Below the pieces are notes generated by a model. The model was not told the origin of the DNA. It did no database searches and saw nothing but the letters and a program-made list of their open reading frames with translations. DNA of 64,000 bases from an uncultured bacterium (GTDB taxonomy: Bacteria > Babelota > Babeliae > Babelales > Babelaceae), in assembly GCA_963722385.1 (NCBI GenBank), contig CAVRKK010000002.1, positions 640,001-704,000 of the forward strand, given 5' to 3'. Position 1 is the stretch's first letter, and every line of letters starts with the position of its first letter. Below, piece by piece: positions 39,770 through 48,629 of the stretch. The translations under genes were made by a program, and so were the position numbers.

Positions 39770-40990
39770 TTGCATATTAAGAAATGTGGTATGCTGAAAA
39801 ACTATTTTTATTGGTTATCTATTTTCCTCTTTGGCTGCCTATCTCAGTGTGCTTATCAATGGCTTCCTTATGGTGTTAATGATGAGCATATTTCTACGCT
39901 TATGTACGCAGCACGCCGAGGTGACATAGCTCTCATGGCATCAGCGCTGAATCAAGGTGATGATATTAATGCTATTTCAAAAAGTGGTATGACAGCGCTT
40001 CATTATGCAATAGGATTTGACCAAACAGAAGCTGCGGGCTATCTTATCACCCACGGTGCTCAGGTACATATTCTTGATCAATGGGAAAATACACCCTTGA
40101 GTATGGCACGTGGGCGCAATTTAGATCCTGTCGTCAGGGCGCTCGAAGAAAAGATTTTGTCATCGACCATAGATGGCCGGACAGTTATCGACAGCAATAA
40201 GCATTTTATTATTCTGGTTGCCTCGTTTAACAATGCTCGATGGTATCGGAACAACCTAGATTCGATTTTCATGCAAAAATATCGAAAATATACGGTGATT
40301 TATATGGATGATGTATCGACTGATGGAACTTTTAACCTCGTAAGATCATATTGTGCTCAAAAAAGCGACGCATCAAACATAATTCTCCTTAAAAATAAAA
40401 AGAAAAAGTTCTGCTTGGGTAACTATATATGGGCTATAAAGCGATTTTGCCCAAGAGACGCTATTCTTATCACGCTTGATGGTGATGATTGGTTTGCTGG
40501 AAATGACGTGCTTGCCTATTTAAACGAGGTATACAAAAATCCTGCCATTTGGCTTACCTATGGGGAGTCGGTGACCTACCCAGCTTATGTGAAAACGCCT
40601 CACTGTCGTCCTATTAGTGCGCGTTTATTTGATCAAAAAGGAGCTTTGCGCAGAAAATGTGCCCAAAGAGTTTTTTGGCCAGTTCATCATTGCAGGTCTT
40701 TTTATGGTTGGCTTTTTATGTTGATTGACAAAAAAGATTTCATTGATGCCAATGGGCGCTACTTTACGTTTGCCGAAGATGTTGCGTATATGCTTCCTAT
40801 GCTTGAAATGGCTGGTGCGGCGCACCATAAGTATATTTCAAAAGTTCTTTATGTATATAATCGAGCAAACCCGCTGGTAACGTCACGAACCCGCGGCACT
40901 GATGCGGTCGAGAACAAATTTTTACAGATTTGCCGCAAAGCGCCTTATGATATGCTCAGCGTGCGACCAGGGGACATGACGGCGCAATAA
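39770..40990 (+). CDS. Ankyrin repeat + GT2 glycosyltransferase fusion with signal peptide (ATG start likely 39791)
   Basis: TLMYAA, GMTALHYA and NTPLSMA ankyrin repeats; DDVSTDGT and LDGDDW GT2 motifs. Confidence 0.88.
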   Translation: MHIKKCGMLKNYFYWLSIFLFGCLSQCAYQWLPYGVNDEHISTLMYAARRGDIALMASALNQGDDINAISKSGMTALHYAIGFDQTEAAGYLITHGAQVHILDQWENTPLSMARGRNLDPVVRALEEKILSSTIDGRTVIDSNKHFIILVASFNNARWYRNNLDSIFMQKYRKYTVIYMDDVSTDGTFNLVRSYCAQKSDASNIILLKNKKKKFCLGNYIWAIKRFCPRDAILITLDGDDWFAGNDVLAYLNEVYKNPAIWLTYGESVTYPAYVKTPHCRPISARLFDQKGALRRKCAQRVFWPVHHCRSFYGWLFMLIDKKDFIDANGRYFTFAEDVAYMLPMLEMAGAAHHKYISKVLYVYNRANPLVTSRTRGTDAVENKFLQICRKAPYDMLSVRPGDMTAQ

Positions 40991-41009
40991 AGTAAGCGAA
41001 AGGGCTTAA

Positions 41010-42260
41010 ATGCGATTATTCGTGTGTATTATGATGCTTGCCCACACTTTTTTACTGGTTGGCCACGATGTCAATGTTGTTGGCCTGATTGGTACGGAGT
41101 CTACCTCACCGCTTATTAGCACGACGATTATTGACGTTCTTAAAGACCACTTTTCAGTCAATGTTGTTGCGTCACGAGCACACTTGAGAGACAAGATTAT
41201 ACAAGCAATGTTTAAAAAGGATGTACCTTTTGATGTGCGGCGCGTTTCTCTTAATAGCGCGGTATTTGGCCCCGTTTCACTTCTTACTGATGTCATAGGC
41301 TATAAAGATCAACTTTTTTATAAAAATGTACCTAACACGGTGCTTAAATTGGCTTACTCGATGTTTGAATCTGATCGGTTGCCGCGTATGTGGGTATTGG
41401 CTATCAATCAAGATTTTGATGCGGTCATTGTACCTGATGCTACGTTAGTTGAGATATATCAAAAGTCAGGTGTACGAAAGCCCATCTTTGTTATACCTTT
41501 ACCGGTGTACGTTGAAAAAATGTTGGCAATGCCTGAAAAAAAGCTTGATAGCGGGCCTTTTGTATTTGGTGTATCCGCGGGATTTGCCGAAAGAAAAAAT
41601 TATCATGTATTACTCGAGTCATTTGCTCGCGAGTATAAGAATAGTACTGATGTGGTACTCAAAATTCATGGCAGCTGGGGCGAAAGTCGGCAGATCAGGA
41701 ATAAGATCCGGCAGCTTGGATTGCGTAACGTCCAGCTATTAGAAAGGGTGCTTACACGCGATCAATATACCAACTTTATGCGATCCTTGCATTGTTATAT
41801 ATACCTCTCTATGGGTGAGGGCTATTCATTAACACCCCGCGAAGCTGTGGCATTAGGTGTTCCCTGTATTCTTGCGGATCATACGGTTCACTGTGTGCTT
41901 GGCGGAATACCCAGTATACGCAAAGTGCCAGCGACCACGTGCGTGAAAGCATATTTTTCTGGCAACGAGCATTGCGGCTGCTATCATCAATGCTCGGTAG
42001 ATGCGGTGTGCGAGGCGATGAGGGACATGCGTGCTCATTATGCAGCCTATCTTGAGCAAGCGCAGAAAAGTCGCTCTATTGCTCGGGAGTTTTTGCGCCG
42101 GCATCTGGCGCCACTATTTGTAACGATTATTCGTCCGGAAACGCTGCGGCTTGGAAAAGTAAATATGGTTGAGCCAGGTCAGCTCATCACCAATGATAAA
42201 AAACTTTATAACAAGTATCTTGGCATTAGGCGTCTTGTGAAAAAGCAAAGGAGATCGTGA
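41010..42260 (+). CDS. GT4-family glycosyltransferase with signal peptide (paralog 4)
   Basis: KLAYSMFES, RKNYHVLLESF, SMGEGYSLTPREAVALGVP. Confidence 0.88.
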   Translation: MRLFVCIMMLAHTFLLVGHDVNVVGLIGTESTSPLISTTIIDVLKDHFSVNVVASRAHLRDKIIQAMFKKDVPFDVRRVSLNSAVFGPVSLLTDVIGYKDQLFYKNVPNTVLKLAYSMFESDRLPRMWVLAINQDFDAVIVPDATLVEIYQKSGVRKPIFVIPLPVYVEKMLAMPEKKLDSGPFVFGVSAGFAERKNYHVLLESFAREYKNSTDVVLKIHGSWGESRQIRNKIRQLGLRNVQLLERVLTRDQYTNFMRSLHCYIYLSMGEGYSLTPREAVALGVPCILADHTVHCVLGGIPSIRKVPATTCVKAYFSGNEHCGCYHQCSVDAVCEAMRDMRAHYAAYLEQAQKSRSIAREFLRRHLAPLFVTIIRPETLRLGKVNMVEPGQLITNDKKLYNKYLGIRRLVKKQRRS

Positions 42261-43369
42261 TGGTAAGGAGCAAGATAAAGAGCTCGTTATGGAGTTTTGG
42301 TATTTTTTTGAGTGCTGGTCTCTTGTCGGGCAATGTGCTTAAGCTCAAGCCCGCCAAGAGCAAAGAGCATGCTATGAGTCTGACGCAACCATTCTTGTCA
42401 GAAATCGCTAGCCTTTTTAGTGCGGACACCTTTATTGAGACGGGCACGGCGCGCGGGAGTACGACAGCGGTAGCGCGCAAAGTTTTCAAAACGGTGCATA
42501 CCATCGAGATAAATAAAAAGCTCTTTGATTATGGCAAGAGAAGATTTAGAAAATATGGCAATGTCCATCTGTATCATGGTGATTCGACCCATATTTTACC
42601 CCAAATTCTTCCTGCCATTACGGGTAAGCCTGTATTTTGGCTTGATGGGCATAATAGTCCAGGGATGGGGCAGGGGGCGGTCAATACGCCGTTATTGGAG
42701 GAGCTAGCAATTATTAAGCAATCGGGGATTACCAATGGTATTCTTTTGATTGATGATATTCGCTGTTCGGGGTGGCCGTTGCTTTGGTGGGATATCCTCA
42801 AGAAAAGATTTGGTCCCGGCTGCCAAAATCTTTATAACACTGTCGGTGTGGGGTGGCCATCATTTAGCGAAATTTATGATACTCTACTGGCTATTAATCC
42901 ACATTATACGCTTGCTTTATATGGCGATATCCTCATAGTTTTTGAAAAAAATTGTGGCATTGTGCTGGCTCCTGAGATAGAAGCATGCATGACCAGCTTC
43001 CTATCGTTTACGCACGATATAGCGCTTGAGCATATTCTGGCTGCTGAGCGCCTTATTAGTCAGCTTGACAATGATGGGCTTGCAGCTATTAAGCAGCAGT
43101 TGCAGAATTACGGTCAGCATGAGCATGATGTATATCATGCCCACCTGCATCTTTGGTATGGTCTTTGTTTGCTTTACCGCAATCATAATAGGGAAGCGGA
43201 GAAGCATCTTACGCTTGCTTATGATGCAAGCAATAAGCATTGGAGAATAGCTTGGTATAGGGCGCAGGCAATGAAGGGCCAAGGTAAGGCGGGTGCTGCG
43301 CAGGAAATCCTGAATAAAATAGCGCATGAAATCAGTGGCTTGGAAGAGTTGCCAAGGCGTGCATATTGA
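42257..43369 (+). CDS. SAM-dependent methyltransferase-like domain + C-terminal TPR; signal peptide
   Basis: FIETGT, HTIEIN, YHGDS, FWLDGH, LLIDD; C-terminal helical repeat. Confidence 0.7.
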   Translation: MMVRSKIKSSLWSFGIFLSAGLLSGNVLKLKPAKSKEHAMSLTQPFLSEIASLFSADTFIETGTARGSTTAVARKVFKTVHTIEINKKLFDYGKRRFRKYGNVHLYHGDSTHILPQILPAITGKPVFWLDGHNSPGMGQGAVNTPLLEELAIIKQSGITNGILLIDDIRCSGWPLLWWDILKKRFGPGCQNLYNTVGVGWPSFSEIYDTLLAINPHYTLALYGDILIVFEKNCGIVLAPEIEACMTSFLSFTHDIALEHILAAERLISQLDNDGLAAIKQQLQNYGQHEHDVYHAHLHLWYGLCLLYRNHNREAEKHLTLAYDASNKHWRIAWYRAQAMKGQGKAGAAQEILNKIAHEISGLEELPRRAY

Positions 43370-44538
43370 TACAGCGAGGGACCGTGATACGATACGTTTT
43401 GATCTTGCTCGTGGGCCTACGAGCATTCGCTGTGGACAGTGAGGTATTAAGCAAAAAGGCAGTGGTTTTCGGCATTGCCGGCCAAGATGGTTACTACCTT
43501 GCGAAGTTACTTTTAAGTAAGGGCTATGAGGTACATGGTAGTATGAGGGGTGATGACCAGGAGCTTAGAGCTTCCTTATGCTCGAGTAATCCTGACTGTT
43601 CGCTTAAGCTCATAATCCACCGTGGTGACCTGGCTGATTCAGCCTATATTAAAGAGCTCATGTTCACGGTACTGCCTGATGAGGTATATAATCTGGCAGG
43701 CCAAAGTAACGTGAGTGTTTCTTTTAAGGAGCCGGTTATTACATCGCAGGTCAATGCGTTTGCCGTGCTCACTATGTTGGAGTTGTTACGAGCATTACTC
43801 CCTCACAAGAGCATTAAATTTTTTCAAGCATCAAGCAGTCACATTTTTGGTCTTGCAGGAACCGAGCATATCGTGGATGAAAATTCCCCGTTGAGCGCTC
43901 AATCACCTTATGCGATTACGAAGCTTTACAGCCATCTTATGACCCAGCTTTATCGTCAGGCATATGGGTTATTTGCCGATAATGGGATTTTGTTTAACCA
44001 TGAATCTGAGCGTCGAAGTGCTGATTTTGTATCGCAAAAAATTGTGGAACATGCCGCTGCTTATAGGTTTGGCAAAAAGCAGGTACTCAAGCTCGGCAAT
44101 CTTGATGTCTGTCGTGATTGGGGCTATGCGCCCGACTATGTTCATGCGATGTGGCTTATGTTGCAGCAGGAAGGGCCCGATGATTATGTAATTGCATCGG
44201 GCCACAGCCATTTAGTAAGGGAGTTTGTCGAACGTGCCTATGCTTATGTTAACGTTCACTTAACATGGTCGGGGTCGAATTACGATGAAGTGGGAAGTGA
44301 TAAAGAAACAAATGAAGTTGTGGTTGCTGTCGACGCGGATTTTTTTAGGCCGTCTGAGTCGCCTTGTCTTGTAGGTAATGCTTCTAAAGCAAAAAGGGTA
44401 CTTGGCTGGGAAGCAAAAACTAATTTTACGCAGCTTGTCGCCGTCATGATGGATGCTGAGTTGGCGAGGTATGTATTGGTGCAAGAAGATGGTTTTGCGA
44501 GCGAGCCAATGCTTGCTCGCAATAGTACGCTGCTCTAA
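43366..44538 (+). CDS. gmd: Divergent GDP-mannose 4,6-dehydratase homolog with signal peptide
   Basis: [37 protein letters not shown]; the catalytic segment reads ASSSHIFG. Confidence 0.85.
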   Translation: MIQRGTVIRYVLILLVGLRAFAVDSEVLSKKAVVFGIAGQDGYYLAKLLLSKGYEVHGSMRGDDQELRASLCSSNPDCSLKLIIHRGDLADSAYIKELMFTVLPDEVYNLAGQSNVSVSFKEPVITSQVNAFAVLTMLELLRALLPHKSIKFFQASSSHIFGLAGTEHIVDENSPLSAQSPYAITKLYSHLMTQLYRQAYGLFADNGILFNHESERRSADFVSQKIVEHAAAYRFGKKQVLKLGNLDVCRDWGYAPDYVHAMWLMLQQEGPDDYVIASGHSHLVREFVERAYAYVNVHLTWSGSNYDEVGSDKETNEVVVAVDADFFRPSESPCLVGNASKAKRVLGWEAKTNFTQLVAVMMDAELARYVLVQEDGFASEPMLARNSTLL

Positions 44539-44552
44539 TCTTGGCGAATTGA

Positions 44553-44901
44553 ATCGCCTGTGCGGCTGGCGGTTAAGGGACAGCGTCCCTTAACAATCCT
44601 AAAGCGTTATGCTTAATGCTTATAAGCTTGGTGAGTAGTTATCGTACGCAAAAGCGTACGATAACTTACGCCATTATCATGTACGCTGCGCTTCATGATA
44701 AAATTTAATATCGCTTGTCTATTTTCCGTCAGGAAAATTGCGTTTGTCATAACCATACGGGGCGTATGGTTATGACATTAAACAAGTCAAGAAATAAGCG
44801 TATAAAGAAAGAAGCAGAGCCTTTCGCTTACGCATATTGGTGTGGGTGCAGGGCCGCCGCCCTGCCGCTCGACGCGTAGTCGCGCTAGCCGCGTAGGCGA
44901 T
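44553..44901 (-). repeat. Intergenic hairpin repeat family, copy 3 (complete, type 1, inverted relative to copy 2)
   Basis: Reverse complement is colinear with 28679-29012, including the GTTAAGGGAC..GTCCCTTAAC, GTTATCGTACGC..GCGTACGATAAC and GCAGGGCGGCGGCCCTGCACC hairpins. Confidence 0.92.
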
Positions 44902-44991
44902 ATATATTCTACTCCACCCCGGCGCGAAACTATAGACGGTAACCGAAGATAATGATACAGTGGTTGTGTTAATCAAAAAAGTGCGATATTT

Positions 44992-47187
44992 ATGCAGAAA
45001 TTACGTATTGGCGTTTTAATGGGTGGCCGGTCCCAGGAGCGCGAAGTTTCACTCAATTCAGGCCGTACGATTTGCGATCATGTAGACACGTCATGCTATG
45101 TCGTTATCCCGCTGTTTCAGACAAGCGACGGTGCGTTATATGTTATGCCGAGCACTTTTCTTCATCGCGGTAAAATTAGCGATTTTGAACATCGCTTGGC
45201 GACTGAGGCTCAAAAAATAAGCTGGCACGAGCTTAAAGATATCGTTGATATTGTGTACATAGCACAACATGGTCGATTTGCTGAAGATGGCTCGCTACAG
45301 GGGCTTTTTGAAACCATAGGCATCCCCTACGTTGGTTCCAAAGTGCTGGCAAGCGCCCTTGGCATGGACAAAGCAATGCAATGCATATTTTTAAAAACAG
45401 CGGGGATAAATGTTCCAAAAAGAGTCGTTGTGCCGCCAAAAAAAGCAGGCGACGGCATAGCTCAAGGGAACTTGTGGCCCGGCTTTGCTTTTCCTTGCGT
45501 GGTAAAGCCAAGCGGTGAAGGATCAAGCCTTGGCGTTAGTGTAGTCTATGATATTGAAGAACTGATTGATGCGATCAAAAGGGCTTGTACGATAACCCCC
45601 GGCATTGAACAAGCAGTTATTATTGAAGAGTATATCCAGGGGATGGAGTTTTCATGCATTGTCTTGACCGATTATAAGGCGGGCGAGCTTCTGCCGTTGC
45701 CGCCAACGGAAATCATTCTGAACCAAGGGATGCTCTATTTTGATTATGAACAAAAATACATGCCGGGCAAAGCGATAAAGCATACACCGGCGCGCTGTAG
45801 TATGGAGCAACAAAAAAAGATCCAAGAAACCTGCATCAGTGTTATGCGAATATTGGGTATTCATAACATAGCACGTATCGATGGCTTTTTAACGGCTGAT
45901 GACCGCGTTATTATTATCGATCCTAACACGTTTTCTGGCATGGACCCGGCAAGCTTTGCCTTTGTTCAAGCTGCAGAGCTGAATATGGGCCATACGCACC
46001 TTATTAACCACCTGATCGAAACGGAGTTGCACGCATACGGTATGCTTACTAATTATGCTGAACGAAACGGTGAGATGAATAGAGTAGCTGAAAAAAAGCT
46101 GCGGGTAGGCGTCCTGTTGGGTGGTGCTTCCAACGAAAGGGAGATTTCCCTTGCTTCTGGTAGAAACGTTATGTATAAGCTGTCTCCCCACAAATATGAG
46201 CCAATCGCTCTTTTCGTGAGCTCTGCTCGCCAGCTCTACAAAATTGACCAGCGCCTGCTGGTACGCAATACGACAGCCGAAATTGAGGCATCGCTTGAGG
46301 TGGGTATGCATATACCGTGGAGCGAGCTGCCAGATCATATTGATTTTGCTTTTAACGGCCTACATGGGGGACATGGCGAAAATGGCTGTGTTCAAGGAAC
46401 GCTCGAAACGCTTGCTCTCCCCTATAATGGTTCATCAGTGCTTGCCAGCGCTCTCTGCATGGATAAATTTAAAACAACACAACTGCTGCGCGAAAAGCAT
46501 ATTGCTGTTCCACAAGCACAGCTTATAACACGAAAAATGTGGGAATCGACGAGTTTCGCGCCAGTAAGCTGCTATCCATGCATTATAAAGCCAAATGATG
46601 ACGGTTGCAGCGTGCTTGTGCAGAAAGCGTATTCAAATGAGGAATTGAGAGCTGCGCTCGGTCTTATTTTTGCTTCGGGAAAGCATGAAGCGCTTGTTGA
46701 AGAATTTATTACCGGCATGGAACTTACCGTGGGCGTTATTGGTAACACCCATTCCTATGCCTTGCTGCCGAGTATGTCGGTTGCTCAAAATAGCATCCTC
46801 TCTATTCAGGAGAAATTTTTGCCAGGAGCTGGCGAAAACCAGACGCCGGCGCCATTGGCACCGGCAGCAATACGTCTTGTTCAGCGCACGATGGAAAATG
46901 CCTATAGCGCTGTTGGCTGTAAAGGATATGCTCGCATCGATTGTTTTTATCAGCCAAGTGCTATAAGCCCGACCGGCCAAGACCGCGTGGTAATTTTAGA
47001 GATCAACACACTACCAGCGCTTACGCCGGCAACTTGCCTGTTTCATCAGGCTGCTGAAGTGGGCTTGCGCCCCATGGAATTCATAGATCTGCTTGTCCAA
47101 CTTGGCCTAGAAGAGCATTCATCACCACTGTTGGCAAGTAAGCCAGAGATCGTTATCGATACATTGGTGCAGCACCGCAATGCATGA
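44992..47187 (+). CDS. ddl: D-alanine--D-alanine ligase, two Ddl modules in tandem
   Basis: GGRSQEREVS...HGRFAEDG...MDK...KPSGEGSS, then again GGASNEREIS...HGGHGENG...MDK...KPNDDGCS...EINTLP. Confidence 0.92.
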   Translation: MQKLRIGVLMGGRSQEREVSLNSGRTICDHVDTSCYVVIPLFQTSDGALYVMPSTFLHRGKISDFEHRLATEAQKISWHELKDIVDIVYIAQHGRFAEDGSLQGLFETIGIPYVGSKVLASALGMDKAMQCIFLKTAGINVPKRVVVPPKKAGDGIAQGNLWPGFAFPCVVKPSGEGSSLGVSVVYDIEELIDAIKRACTITPGIEQAVIIEEYIQGMEFSCIVLTDYKAGELLPLPPTEIILNQGMLYFDYEQKYMPGKAIKHTPARCSMEQQKKIQETCISVMRILGIHNIARIDGFLTADDRVIIIDPNTFSGMDPASFAFVQAAELNMGHTHLINHLIETELHAYGMLTNYAERNGEMNRVAEKKLRVGVLLGGASNEREISLASGRNVMYKLSPHKYEPIALFVSSARQLYKIDQRLLVRNTTAEIEASLEVGMHIPWSELPDHIDFAFNGLHGGHGENGCVQGTLETLALPYNGSSVLASALCMDKFKTTQLLREKHIAVPQAQLITRKMWESTSFAPVSCYPCIIKPNDDGCSVLVQKAYSNEELRAALGLIFASGKHEALVEEFITGMELTVGVIGNTHSYALLPSMSVAQNSILSIQEKFLPGAGENQTPAPLAPAAIRLVQRTMENAYSAVGCKGYARIDCFYQPSAISPTGQDRVVILEINTLPALTPATCLFHQAAEVGLRPMEFIDLLVQLGLEEHSSPLLASKPEIVIDTLVQHRNA

Positions 47188-47221
47188 TTATATCTCTTTT
47201 TCCCCGTACGGCCCCGATTGT

Positions 47222-47665
47222 CTAGGGTTGACCTGAAGTAATACTTGCTTGTAAGACATTATTCTGCTGCGTTACCGTAATGGTCGCATCTCCAGTGCTT
47301 GATGGAAAACGACGGCTAGATACCTCGACAGGAGTTACCGACTTATCATCGGTGGTGATGTAGATATTGCCGACGGAGCACACCCAGCCTTTGAGACGCC
47401 CAGATTTATAGGAGCGATCGAGGTGCACCGTTTTTCCTGGTGGCGCGCTTAATGGCTTTTCGTCGTGACATGTAGTGCTGTTGAATGCTTCATACTGAAC
47501 TATAGCACTGATGACTTTATCGGTCTTGTTGACGAAGTAAATGCTTGCAATAGCCGATATGCTCTGGTTGATTCCCAGCAGGAAACTGGCAGCAAGAAAT
47601 ATACAAGATCGTAGTGAGATCATAATAAGCTCCTTTTTTATTTCAACGGTTAGTATTATTATCAC
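47222..47665 (-). CDS. Secreted hypothetical protein (start probably MISLR)
   Basis: Signal peptide, beta-rich body with two Cys. Confidence 0.65.
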   Translation of the reverse strand: MIIILTVEIKKELIMISLRSCIFLAASFLLGINQSISAIASIYFVNKTDKVISAIVQYEAFNSTTCHDEKPLSAPPGKTVHLDRSYKSGRLKGWVCSVGNIYITTDDKSVTPVEVSSRRFPSSTGDATITVTQQNNVLQASITSGQP

Positions 47666-47906
47666 TCACACTATCATAAATATGTTTCAAATATCAATAA
47701 TTGTTAAATAGGCTAACCAGAATACTGACATAATGCTATCGAAAAATCTTGCTCTTGGTAGCATTTCGGGATAATATAAAGCGACCAAATTTGTATATCA
47801 TAAACTGAAGGGGAGCGTCCCGTTGATAGATTTATTCCCGCATTACGGCAGAGGGTTCGATAAATCAGATGTTTTGGCAGAAAATATTGTCATAAAATAC
47901 GGGTAA

Positions 47907-48353
47907 ATGCTGGAAATAGTCGAGAACATCTCTATGACAACCATGACGAATACGCTCACGCTTGAGATTGCACAAAGAATGGCTGATGCGGCTCAAAAAG
48001 CCGCATCAGAAATGGACCTAAAGATTGCCATTGCTATCATGGACAACCATGGCAACCTCAAGTATTATCGGCGGATGGATGACAATAGCTTTATCAGCGT
48101 CCGCATGTCCCAGCTTAAAGCACTTACTTCTGCAAGTATGCCAATTTCTACCAAGGCACTTGCTGAGCGAAATCAAAAAATCCCCAATGGGCCCTATCTC
48201 AATGTTCCTGGTATTGTGCTCCTTGAGGGAGGTTTGCCAATCATTACCCCAGACAAGCAACATATCGGATCAATTGGCATCAGTGGCGCGACCCCGGAGC
48301 TTGACGGCATGTGCGCACAGGCTGCCATAGATGCAATCGTTGATTATTTATGA
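47907..48353 (+). CDS. GlcG/HbpS family heme-binding protein
   Basis: AIAIMDNHGNL...RMD...KALTS...GGLPI...IGSIGISG...D. Confidence 0.9.
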   Translation: MLEIVENISMTTMTNTLTLEIAQRMADAAQKAASEMDLKIAIAIMDNHGNLKYYRRMDDNSFISVRMSQLKALTSASMPISTKALAERNQKIPNGPYLNVPGIVLLEGGLPIITPDKQHIGSIGISGATPELDGMCAQAAIDAIVDYL

Positions 48354-48359
48354 GCAAAA

Positions 48360-48629
48360 ATGTCTAAAAAATGGGTAAAGCATGTGCAAGAGACGTCTTT
48401 TGCGATGGACATTCCTGCGGGCCTTTTTACGCGATCACCGCGGCAGATTGCTTTAGGGCTTAAGCAGGCGGTTCTGAGCAGTAACCGCACCAAGGGGACC
48501 AAGTTTCAGTCAGCGATGTCTATGCTGAATTTCTATATTAACCGCGCCGGTAAGAACCTCTCACCAGAAGATCGCGAGCGACTCGAAAAAGCAAAAATTG
48601 AGCTTCGCAAAGCATTTAACCGGCAGTAG
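48360..48629 (+). CDS. DUF3175-like small protein
   Basis: KWV..V..TS.AMD..GLFT, FQSAMSMLNFYINRAGKNL, LEKAKIELR. Confidence 0.8.
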   Translation: MSKKWVKHVQETSFAMDIPAGLFTRSPRQIALGLKQAVLSSNRTKGTKFQSAMSMLNFYINRAGKNLSPEDRERLEKAKIELRKAFNRQ

